A stretch of 64,000 nt of DNA from an uncultured Chloroflexia bacterium (GTDB lineage Bacteria > Chloroflexota > Limnocylindria > Limnocylindrales > CSP1-4). Of this stretch, positions 55,990-64,000 are shown piece by piece; the stretch's first letter is position 1; every line of letters starts with the position of its first letter. A model generated the notes under the pieces. That model was not told the DNA's origin. It did no database searches and saw only the letters and a list, made by a program, of their open reading frames with translations. Location: NCBI GenBank assembly GCA_963746865.1, contig CAVVDB010000007.1, positions 128,846-192,845 of the forward strand. Reading direction: 5' to 3'. A program made the position numbers and the translations under genes.

Positions 55990-56442
55990 TCAGCCGGCCA
56001 GTCGCCGAACGCCTTCGATCGAGTCCAGGTCGCGGTCGAACGAAGCGACGACTGGTGGGCCAACCTCGATGGCGGCCGCAGCCAGGTATGCGTCTGCGAA
56101 ATCGAGTTTCGAATGGTCGCCGAAGAGGTGAAGCGCCCGCAGCAGGGTCGAACCTTCGACGAGCATCAGCCCATCCGCCTCGAGCATCGCCCCGACACGG
56201 CCGGCCATCGTGGAGCGCGACCACGGGAGCAACGGGCCCAGGACGTACATCACCTCGGCGACGACGACCGGCGTCACCACGAGGACGAGCTCGCCATCGG
56301 CAACGCGTCGAAAGACCCCGAGCACCTTCTCGTGAGTCGGGTGCTCCGGGCCTGCGAGCAGTGCGACGAATAGATTCGTATCCGCGTAGGCGACGTCCGG
56401 TGCCCTGCGCACCGCACGTGGACGTCGCATTGAGCTGGTCAC
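55990..56442 (-). CDS. vapC: PIN-domain ribonuclease toxin
   Basis: 150 aa. VAYADTNLFVALL, LDFADAYLAAAA, FDRDL acidic PIN residues. GTGA overlap with the upstream antitoxin. Confidence 0.85.
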   Translation of the reverse strand: MTSSMRRPRAVRRAPDVAYADTNLFVALLAGPEHPTHEKVLGVFRRVADGELVLVVTPVVVAEVMYVLGPLLPWSRSTMAGRVGAMLEADGLMLVEGSTLLRALHLFGDHSKLDFADAYLAAAAIEVGPPVVASFDRDLDSIEGVRRLAG

Positions 56443-56759
56443 GAAGACCGGTTGGCGTCTCGGCGCACGCGCTCCTCTCGGGCCAGCGCCGCTTTGGTCG
56501 CCGCCTGCTGGATCATCCGATCAAGCCCTTCGGCATCCGACGGGATCAGGTGGGCCACCTCAGCGGCGATCCCTGCGAAATCGAGCACACTCCGCCGCTG
56601 GCGGAGCTCCACGACGAGGACGCCGTCGCGGGGGACGAATTCGATGTCGTCACCGGGCCGGGCGCCCAACGCATCGCGGATCGCCTTCGGAACCGTGATC
56701 TGGCCCTGCCTGGTCAGCCGTGCACGCTGCCGCTTACCTTGCATGATGTCAGTACTCAT
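56439..56759 (-). CDS. vapB: AbrB/SpoVT-type antitoxin
   Basis: 106 aa from Met at 56759 (MSTDIMQGKRQRARLTRQGQITVPKAIRDALGARPGDDIEF). Confidence 0.8.
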   Translation of the reverse strand: MSTDIMQGKRQRARLTRQGQITVPKAIRDALGARPGDDIEFVPRDGVLVVELRQRRSVLDFAGIAAEVAHLIPSDAEGLDRMIQQAATKAALAREERVRRDANRSS

Positions 56760-56766
56760 GGGCCGC

Positions 56767-56795
56767 ACATTACATTTGCGACCGATAATGCGCAA
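56767..56795 (-). promoter_or_regulatory. candidate promoter for vapBC (TTGCGC-N17-TAATGT on minus strand), near-leaderless
   Basis: The -10-like hexamer ends 7 nt before the ATG. Located in a locally AT-richer segment. Confidence 0.4.
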
Positions 56796-56848
56796 GGGCG
56801 GAACCGTCCTCAGACGGCACACACGGCCCCGCCCGTACAATCGCGCCG

Positions 56849-57643
56849 ATGACCCCCGACGAGGCGCCGACCGCCCCCTCCCCTGCCCGCGTCGCCCGCC
56901 TCTCCTACTTCTTCCCCGCCCACAACGAGGAGGCCAACCTGGAGGGCCTGGTCGAGGAAGCCCTCCAGACGCTCCCCAGCCTCGCTGAGACCTTCGAGAT
57001 CATCGCGGTGGACGATGGCTCCAAGGACGCCACACCGGACCTTGCAGACGCCCTGGCGGCCAAGTACCCCGACGTCGTCCGCGCCGTCCACCACCCGACC
57101 AACCTGGGCTACGGCGCCGCCCTTCGCTCCGGCTTCACGGCCGCCCGCTACGACCTCGTCGCCTTCACCGACGGCGACCGCCAGTTCAAGGTCGCCGACA
57201 TCGCCCGCCTGACCGCCCGACTCGCCGAGCCCGACGCCCCCGACGTCGTCGTCGGCTTCCGGATCAAGCGCGCCGACCCGCTCATCCGAACCCTCTACGC
57301 CCGCGCCTACCGCCTCGCCAACCGGATCTTCTTCGGCCTCAAGGTCACCGACGTCGACTGCGCCTGCAAGCTCTTCCGCCGCGAAGCGCTGGAGGGGCTA
57401 CGGGTCGAGTCCGGCGGCGCCTTCTTCTCGGCCGAGATGATCATCAAGCTCCGGGCCGCCGGCAAGACCGTGGTGGAGGTCGGCGTCCCCCACTACCCCC
57501 GCACGGCCGGCTCAGCCACCGGCGCCAAGCCCCAGGTCGTCTTCCGCGCGGTCCGCGACTTCTGGCTCCTGCGCCTGCGCATGTGGGCCAACCGCAAGCG
57601 CGCCCTCCGCCGCGGCGAACCGATGGTCAGCCCCGAGGCCTAG
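56849..57643 (+). CDS. family 2 glycosyltransferase (dolichyl/polyprenyl-phosphate hexosyltransferase-like)
   Basis: 264 aa. LSYFFPAHNEE, IIAVDDGSKD, NLGYGAALRSG, FTDGDRQF. TACAAT lies 7 nt before the ATG. Confidence 0.85.
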   Translation: MTPDEAPTAPSPARVARLSYFFPAHNEEANLEGLVEEALQTLPSLAETFEIIAVDDGSKDATPDLADALAAKYPDVVRAVHHPTNLGYGAALRSGFTAARYDLVAFTDGDRQFKVADIARLTARLAEPDAPDVVVGFRIKRADPLIRTLYARAYRLANRIFFGLKVTDVDCACKLFRREALEGLRVESGGAFFSAEMIIKLRAAGKTVVEVGVPHYPRTAGSATGAKPQVVFRAVRDFWLLRLRMWANRKRALRRGEPMVSPEA

Positions 57644-57677
57644 CGACCGCTCACGACCGCCAGCTTGCCTAATATCG

Positions 57678-57706
57678 TTGACAACATACGCCATGTCGCC
57701 TAGTTT
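57678..57706 (+). promoter_or_regulatory. candidate sigma70-type promoter for hipBA (TTGACA-N17-TAGTTT)
   Basis: Consensus -35 and 17-bp spacer. The -10-like hexamer ends 8 nt before ATG 57715 (leaderless or very short leader). Confidence 0.5.
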
Positions 57707-57714
57707 ATGCGTGC

Positions 57715-58029
57715 ATGTCGAAGGTCACGCGCCCCGTCTTCCCGGCCACGCAACGTCGAGTCGAGGCCCTCGGTGAGCGCATCCAGCTGGCCCGGCTCCG
57801 ACGTCGCATGACCGTGACGGAGATGGCCGCCCGGGTCGACGCTTCCCGAACAACGATCAACCACCTGGAGCGCGGCGATCTGACGGTCAGCCTCGCGATC
57901 CTGGTCCGGGTCCTCGGTGTGCTCGGCCTGGAGGAAGACCTTGACCTCATCGCCGACGATGATCGCCTCGGCCAACGACTCCAGGACATCGCTCTCGGCC
58001 AGCCACGAAAGCGCACGGATCGTGCCTGA
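57715..58029 (+). CDS. hipB: XRE-family HTH antitoxin
   Basis: 104 aa. MTVTEMAARVDASRTTINHLERG. Stop overlaps the hipA GTG start. Confidence 0.8.
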   Translation: MSKVTRPVFPATQRRVEALGERIQLARLRRRMTVTEMAARVDASRTTINHLERGDLTVSLAILVRVLGVLGLEEDLDLIADDDRLGQRLQDIALGQPRKRTDRA

Positions 58030-59535
58030 CCGACCGTCCGAAGTCCGCGTCCACCTCGACGCCGAGGAGATCGGGCCCCAACGCCTCGTCGGGACGCTGC
58101 GTCGTACCGGGACCGGGACGAGACGCGCCATCTCGTTCGCGTACGCCCCGTCCTACGCGGCCGCCACGAACACCTTTCCCATCGATCCAGCGCTGCGCCT
58201 CTACGAAGGCGACCAGTACACCCCCGACGGCGCGATGCCCGCAGCCTTCACGGATGCGGCGCCGGATCGTTGGGGTCGGACCCTGATGGAGCGCAGGGAG
58301 GCTGCCAGCGCCCGTGAGGATCGACGACCGACGCGCACCCTGGACGACTGGGACTTCCTGCTCGGCGTGGACGACACGACGCGGATGGGCGCCCTGCGAC
58401 TCGCGCGACCGGACGATGGCAGCTTCATCGACGACGAGCGCCCCGAAGTCCCGCCGATGGCCCGCCTCCGTGAACTGGAGCACGCCGCGCGCGAACTCGA
58501 GCGCCCATCCGCGGAGTCGCGCCCCGGCGAACTGGACTGGTTGCACCTGCTCCTGGCGCCCGGCAGCTCGCTCGGAGGCGCCCGACCCAAGTCGAATGTC
58601 CTGGACGAGGACGGCACCGCCTGGATCGCCAAGTTCCCATCCCGCGCGGACCGTCACGACGTGGGCGCGTGGGAATCCGTCGTGGCGACACTCGCGGGAT
58701 CGGCCGGCATCACCGTCGCCGACCACCGACTGCTCGATCTCGACGGCGAGTTCCGGACCTTCGCGACGCGCCGGTTCGACCGGACGCCCACAGGCCGACG
58801 CGCCTACGCATCCGCCATGACCCTCGTCGGCAAGCACGATGGCGAACCAGCGAGCTACCTCGACATCGCCCTCGCGATCGCAGACCACGTCGCGCCGAGA
58901 CGCGATCGAGATCGGACCTCGAGCAGCTCTTCCGGCGAGTCGCCTTCAACGTCCTCGTCGCGAACCGCGACGACCACCTCAGGAACCACGGGTTCCTGCG
59001 GACGACCGACGGCTGGCGGCTGGCCCCGGCCTTCGACGTCAACCCGAGCCCCGGCAGCCCCGAGCACACCCTCGCGATCGACGGAACCGTCCGAACGCCG
59101 GATCTCGACCTCGTGGTGGAGACGGCACCCTTCTACCGCCTCACGACAGGACGCGCCGAGGCCATCGTCGACGAGATCCGTGGCGTCGTGGCTGGTTGGC
59201 GTCAAGCCGCGCGGTCAGTCCGGATCGCCATATGGCCTGCAACCCAACGTCGCGCCGAGGCACTTGGTGAGCGAATCGAGCTAGCCCGCCTTCGACGTCG
59301 GATGACGATCACAGAAATGGCCGCGCGGGTCGATTGCTCTCGCACGACGATCAGCCACTTGGAGCGCGGCGACCTGACGGTCAGCCTGGCGATCCTCGCC
59401 CGGGTCCTCGGCGTGCTCGCCCTGGAGGACGACCTCAATCTGATCGCGCGGGACGATCTTCTCGGGCAGCGACTTCAGGACATCGCGCTGCGACGGCCCC
59501 GGGAAGCGCTCATGCCGTGCCTGATCGACCGCTAA
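58022..59535 (+). pseudogene. hipA: HipA-family serine/threonine kinase toxin, frameshift near 58895 and C-terminus running in frame into a second hipB-like segment
   Basis: DRWGRTLM, LAPGSSLGGARPKSNV, GTAWIAKFPS in the frame of GTG 58022. FNVLVANRDDHLRNHGFL, LAPAFDVNPSP in ORF 58669..59535. Confidence 0.8.
59230..59535 (+). other. second hipB-like HTH segment (roughly 80% nt identity to 57740-58029 by eye) lacking its own start, followed by about 15 nt of a hipA-like start
   Basis: PATQRRAEALGERIELARLRRRMTITEMAARVDCSRTTISHLERG parallels hipB. GTGCCTGATCGACCG parallels the hipA start GTGCCTGACCGACCG. Confidence 0.75.
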
Positions 59536-59607
59536 CGGGTTTTTCGATTCATCGCATATCATGACGCGGCCCTCATAGGATTCAGCTCTCTCGTTTGGAG
59601 AACACCG

Positions 59608-60270
59608 ATGATCGCCACAATCGACCGAGCTTCCACCAGATCCAGCGGCCGTGGCCTGCTCGTCCGGGCGTTCGCCGTGGGCCTGCTGATCGTCTCGATC
59701 GCCACCGTCGCGGCTTGCGGCTCGAACACGCCGGCGCAGGAGCTGGAGGCCGGTCTGCAGGCACATGTCGCGGGCAACCTTCCGGAGGCCGCGAAGCACT
59801 ATCAGGAGTGTCTCAAGCTCGAGGCGACCAACAAGCTTTGCCTCTACAACCTGGGCCTCATCGCCCAGACGCAGGGCAACACCACGGAGGCGGAGGGCTT
59901 CTACCGTTCTGCATTGACGCAGGATCCGAACTACGCGCCGGCGCTCTTCAATCTGGCGATCCTGCGGACCGCAGCCGGCTCGACCGACGAAGCCCTCACC
60001 CTCTACCGAAAGTTCGTAGACCTCAACCCGAACGACGCCAACGGCCGCCTCAACTACGGGCTCCTGCTCGTGGCCTCCGGCCAGATCGCAGAGGGCGAAA
60101 TCCAGCTCGCCAAGGCCATCGAGCTGAACCCCGACTTGCGGTCGCGGATCCCGTCCGCGGCGCCGAGTGCATCGCCCAATCCGACCGCGGCGCCCAAGCC
60201 GTCCGTGGCGCCCAAGCCGTCCGCCGCGCCCAAGCCGTCCGCGAAGCCATCCACGAAGCCATCCAACTAG
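59608..60270 (+). CDS. TPR-repeat lipoprotein with Pro/Lys-rich C-terminal tail
   Basis: 220 aa. Lipobox-like IATVAACGS. TPR units (AAKHYQECLKLEATN, AEGFYRSALTQDPNYAPALFNLA, ALTLYRKFVDLNPND). Tail APKPSVAPKPSAAPKPSAKPS from an 18-bp repeat x3. Confidence 0.75.
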   Translation: MIATIDRASTRSSGRGLLVRAFAVGLLIVSIATVAACGSNTPAQELEAGLQAHVAGNLPEAAKHYQECLKLEATNKLCLYNLGLIAQTQGNTTEAEGFYRSALTQDPNYAPALFNLAILRTAAGSTDEALTLYRKFVDLNPNDANGRLNYGLLLVASGQIAEGEIQLAKAIELNPDLRSRIPSAAPSASPNPTAAPKPSVAPKPSAAPKPSAKPSTKPSN

Positions 60271-62509
60271 ACATCGCCTTGAGCGCTTGCGGCACGGCGC
60301 CGCCCCGGGAGTCGTAGGCCCGTCCCGATCCCATCGAGCCGGCCACGCAGCACCAGGAGCATGACCACCGCAAGGATGCCCACGACGAGCAGCGGCATCT
60401 TGCTCGGGGTTGCCCGATAAACGGCATCGACCTGGTGACGCCCCGCAGGCATCGCTAGCCCGATGTATGACGGCGAAACCATGAACGTCGGCACCGGCTG
60501 ACCCGTCCACCGTCACCTGCCAGTTCGGGTGGTACGTCGTCTTGAGGATGAGGGTCGGCGGCCGTCGGGCACTCCACGACCAGATCGATCTTGCCGGCAT
60601 GGAATGTCGCGTACGGGATCTGGGCGCCGCTGTCACAGCCAGGCATCGTAGACGGGCCGATTCCCGGGACCGTGGCCGGGTAGTCGTAGCGGATGTAGGT
60701 CCGTGCTGCTCCCGTCGGGGGGCGGCGCGCCCACGCGATGTTGGAGGTGAACAAGGCGGCCTGGTCGGGGGCTGCGACCCGTGCCTCGATGCGGACGAAT
60801 TCGGCGTATCCCGTCGTCGGTGCCTCGTACAGGGTGTAGCGGTTCGTCCGCAGGATCGGCACCAGGAACGGCGCCGTCGCGTAATCGCTCGGCGCGACCA
60901 TGAACCGGACGTTGAAGGCGTCGAAGGCCCAAGGATCCCTGTCGTTGAACTCCCAGATGTAGTCGGCGTTGAGCGACAGGCTCTCGATCGGGCGCGCCAG
61001 CCCCTCGATGGCCTCGAACGCCAACAGGTTGTAGAAGTGCAAGTCCTCGAACGTCATGCCCGGGCTGTTGCCATAGGTCGCCGGTAGCCCCATGAACACG
61101 CGTCCCGGAGGCAGCGTCCGAAGCCTCGCGAGCACGGCCTGCGCATCTGCGTCTCCGTCGACTGCGCTGATCGATCGCTGCTGCCAAGCCGTGTTGAGGC
61201 GGTAGAACGTCTGCCGCTCGATGATCGCGGGTGCGAGCAGCAGCGCCATCACGATGACCGCCGCTACCAACCGGGGCCGGCTGCGGTCAGGCCTGAACAG
61301 GAACCAGATCACGGCACCGCCAAGGCCCATCAGCAGGATCGCCGCAAGCGTGACCGGGCCGATGAACCGATGGAACAACAGCCCATCGTGGAGCGGGAAC
61401 AGGTCGGTGATCGGGCCCAGCGTCGGCCGCCCGAAGTAGGCGACCAGCCAGACCAGGAAGACCCCAAGGACGACCAGCGCCGCACGGCTTCGCATCAGGA
61501 CCGCGGCGACGACACCAAGAAAGAACAGCACGGTGAGGACGGGCAACCGTCCGTGATCGACGAGATCGCCCGTCACCAGCCAACCCAGGATCGGTCCGGC
61601 GCCGTAGGAGTCGTACTTCGCCTGCTGGAGGTACGGCGTCGCGTTCATGTACGCGATCCCGGTCAGCAGCGGCCACCAGACATACGAACTGATCACCGCG
61701 GCAAACCCACCGACCACCACGCCGCGCCCGAACCGCTCCTTCAGGTTGGTCCGGTTGAGCCCCCAGACGGCGATCACCAGGATGGCCATCGCCGTCATGT
61801 AGGCGTAGATCAGGTGCGTCAGCACGAGGATGCCGAACAAGAGCGCGGCGATCCACACGCCCTTGCCCTTCTGGAACGCCCGGTACGCAGCCGCCAGGGT
61901 CAGGAACGAAAGGTGCATGGCGAACAGCTGCGTCGTCATCCCGAAGCCGCGCCAGATGTAGCTGTCGTAGTCGAAGCCGTAGCGGAAGTCGCCCGACAAC
62001 AGCGTCGAGGCAGCCGCCGCCAGCGCCGCAGCGACGACGGAGAAGCCGAACCAGCGCATCGAGATGAAAACCGACAGCGGCAGTCCGACGAGGAGGAGGT
62101 AGCGAACGAGGTTGAAACTGGTCAGCAGGTCCAGGTTGCCGAAGCTCAGGCGCTCGACCGCGAGCATCACAAGCGTCGGCAGGTGCTGGTAGTACAGGAA
62201 CTGGGGAAAGCCCGCCTCGATCGACGGGACCCAGAAGTCGAAGACGTTCTCGCCGCTGGCCAGGGCGTCAGACGCCCGCTGGAGGAACAGGAAGTGCAGC
62301 TCGTTGTCGTTGAGGGAGGCGACCGGGATCGTGAACTCGGAGGACAGGGCGATCGCGTTCATGATCGTCGGGATCGCGACGAGGACGAAGAGCCCGATCA
62401 TCTCGCCGCGGGTGAGTCGACGTGCGCTGTCGTCGCGCATCGCGGCCCCGAGCCGCCGAAGTTGCGAGGCGGCCCGGTCGAGGGATGACATCGGCGCGAA
62501 TCTAACCAT
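60267..62509 (-). pseudogene. large polytopic GT-C-like membrane glycosyltransferase (YfhO/PTPS-related type), two apparent frameshifts near 60545 and 60490
   Basis: Many TM helices from Met 62509 or 62491 in ORF 60455..62929. The C-terminal pieces LILKTTYHPNWQVTVDG (ORF 59281..60636) and PTFMVSPSYIGLAMPAGRHQVDAVY plus a final TM (ORF 60267..60494) are in other frames. Confidence 0.6.
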
Positions 62510-62563
62510 GCGCCGCGATTCGACGCTGCGCGTCCAGCGTCCCGCCGCGAGTCCCGCTTTCGC

Positions 62564-63574
62564 GTGGCCCGGGAGAACCGCTACATTCAGCACATGAGCG
62601 TCGCGATCTTTCCGCCTCCCTCTGCCGCCCAGACCGCCGAGACCAGGAACCAACGGGTCGCCGTCCTCATCCCGTGCCTCAACGAGGAGCTCACGGTCGG
62701 GACGGTCATCAACGATTTCCATCGCGAACTCCCGGACGCCGAGATCTGGGTCGTCGACAACGGCTCGACGGATAACACGGTCTCGGTCGCCCTCGCAGCA
62801 GGTGCTCACGTCATCCGTGAGGCACGCAAGGGAAAGGGCTTTGCCATCCGCGCGGCGTTCCGCGATATCGAAGCCGACGTGTACGTCCTCGCCGACGGCG
62901 ACAACCAGCTCCCGGCGGAGGCGGTCCACGACTTGATCAGGCCTGTCCTGGAAGGGCAGGCGGACATGGTGGTCGGTTCACGCGCGATGAACGGCCGGAC
63001 GAGCCCGAACGCCGTCAACAACCTCGGCAACATCATCTTCTCGAGGATCCTCCGCTCGGCGCTCTCGGTCCGCGTGACCGACGTGCTCTCCGGGTATCGC
63101 GCCCTGAGCCGGCTGCTGGTCAAGACGCTGCCCTTGTCGTCGCGGAACTTCGAGATCGAGGTCGAGCTGACGATCAAGACCTCCCAACGCAGCTACCGGA
63201 TCCGCGAGATCCCGTACGAGGTCAAGCCGAGGCCTGCCGAGACGGCATCGCACCTGCGCGTCGTCCGCGACGGCGCTCGCATCTCATGGGCGATCCTGCT
63301 GCTGTTTCGCGACTACCGGCCGATGGCCTTCTTCGGGATCGCTGGCACCCTGTGGCTCATCCTGGCCGGCCTCGTGTACTGGCTGACCGATGGGGCCGGC
63401 AAGGTCCTGTTCCTGCCCGTCGACACGGTCGCCACGCTGCTGGCGATCCTCGGGCTGCTGTCATTCACGGTCGGCGCGATCCTCAGCGTGCTCTCCCGCC
63501 GCTTCGCGGAGATCGAGGGAAAGGTGGACATGGTGACCACCATCGGCCTCGCCAGGGATCCTGAAGACCGCTGA
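62564..63574 (+). CDS. family 2 glycosyltransferase with C-terminal TM helices (GtrB/CsbB-like polyprenyl-phosphate glycosyltransferase)
   Basis: VAVLIPCLNEE, VVDNGSTDNT, LADGDNQ, two C-terminal TM helices. ATG at 62594 is an alternative start. Divergent from the GT-C-like gene. Confidence 0.85.
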   Translation: MARENRYIQHMSVAIFPPPSAAQTAETRNQRVAVLIPCLNEELTVGTVINDFHRELPDAEIWVVDNGSTDNTVSVALAAGAHVIREARKGKGFAIRAAFRDIEADVYVLADGDNQLPAEAVHDLIRPVLEGQADMVVGSRAMNGRTSPNAVNNLGNIIFSRILRSALSVRVTDVLSGYRALSRLLVKTLPLSSRNFEIEVELTIKTSQRSYRIREIPYEVKPRPAETASHLRVVRDGARISWAILLLFRDYRPMAFFGIAGTLWLILAGLVYWLTDGAGKVLFLPVDTVATLLAILGLLSFTVGAILSVLSRRFAEIEGKVDMVTTIGLARDPEDR

Positions 63575-63583
63575 CCGACCGGC

Positions 63584-64000
63584 CTACGGCGGGAAGTACT
63601 GACCCTGGATGCCAGCGTTCGTCACCACGATCGAGCCGGGTGGGCAGAGCGACACCTTGGTCCGATCCACGATCGTGTACTCGGTCATGGTGGGCCCAGT
63701 CATCATGATGCCGATCGGCATCATGTCCACGGCGCAGTACATGCGATTCGGATCCAAGAGCGGCCACCATTTCGCAGCACCCCACGCCGCTGCTGCGTAT
63801 CGGTAATCGAGCCTCTCGATCTGGTAGTAGCTCCGGTTCTCGGACACCATATGGCCGAAGAGCACCAGCACAAGCGCGAGCAGACCGAGTCCGGCACGGG
63901 GAATCTGTCCCGGAGGGGTCGGTACGTCATACCGATCGCGGCCGCCCACGTCAACGGGATGAACATGTAGTAGCGGAGCTCATTCGACTGCGGCAGGACT
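63584..64000 (-). CDS. hypothetical membrane-associated protein, 5' end outside window, possible frameshift near 63925
   Basis: ORF 63584..63949 (LGLLALVLVLFGHMV...YYQIERLDYRY...). The upstream reading continues in the frame of ORF 63721..63966 to the window edge. Confidence 0.35.

Noticed and set aside
54004-59535. Prophage or integrative element (fibre-like collagen protein, vapBC, hipBA)
   Set aside because: No integrase, terminase, portal, capsid or tRNA attachment site is visible. The accessory character is plausible, but a mobile-element call cannot be supported.

Overview
Very GC-rich bacterial chromosomal segment (roughly 70% GC by eye, not computed) with Actinobacteria/Terrabacteria-like gene content. 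Left to right:
- a partner-switching module (SpoIIE-RsbW fusion plus two STAS genes)
- a frame-broken CrtI-like oxidoreductase, an MBL hydrolase, an R3H/AAA ATPase and a GNAT
- pdxT-pdxS and a PNPOx-like gene
- a wHTH regulator with two membrane proteins, then an HTH/nucleotidyltransferase pair
- a leucine-catabolism set (carboxyltransferase, enoyl-CoA hydratase, biotin carboxylase, HMG-CoA lyase) interrupted by an LRR protein, MOSC, GNAT and an ECF sigma/anti-sigma pair
- HNH endonuclease, CCA-adding enzyme, TPR-GNAT, galE, an MFS transporter and a ligase-like protein
- a glucosylglycerate-type cluster (glycosyltransferase, USP-USP-GpgS, decayed glycerate kinase)
- a TadE/TadG-like cluster with no secretion machinery, carrying an nth-like gene inside it
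- two OmpR/histidine-kinase systems and a DUF5666-like repeat protein
- an accessory stretch (about 51.9-59.6 kb) with structured repeats, HTH-nuclease-like genes, a collagen-like protein, vapBC and hipBA
- a GT2/GT-C glycosylation module

No rRNA, tRNA, CRISPR array, integrase or transposase was recognised.

The most notable signals:
1. Two families of long imperfect-palindrome repeats. Family A is 111 bp with ATGCAT termini, at least 10 full copies. Family B is about 190 bp, 3 copies. Each family brackets a paralogous XRE-HTH / PD-(D/E)xK-like gene, which resembles a REP/RAYT layout but with a different nuclease type.
2. About two dozen apparent frameshifts, including in pdxS and both histidine kinases. 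These indicate either indel-prone sequence or widespread gene decay, so all reading-frame arguments here need that caveat.
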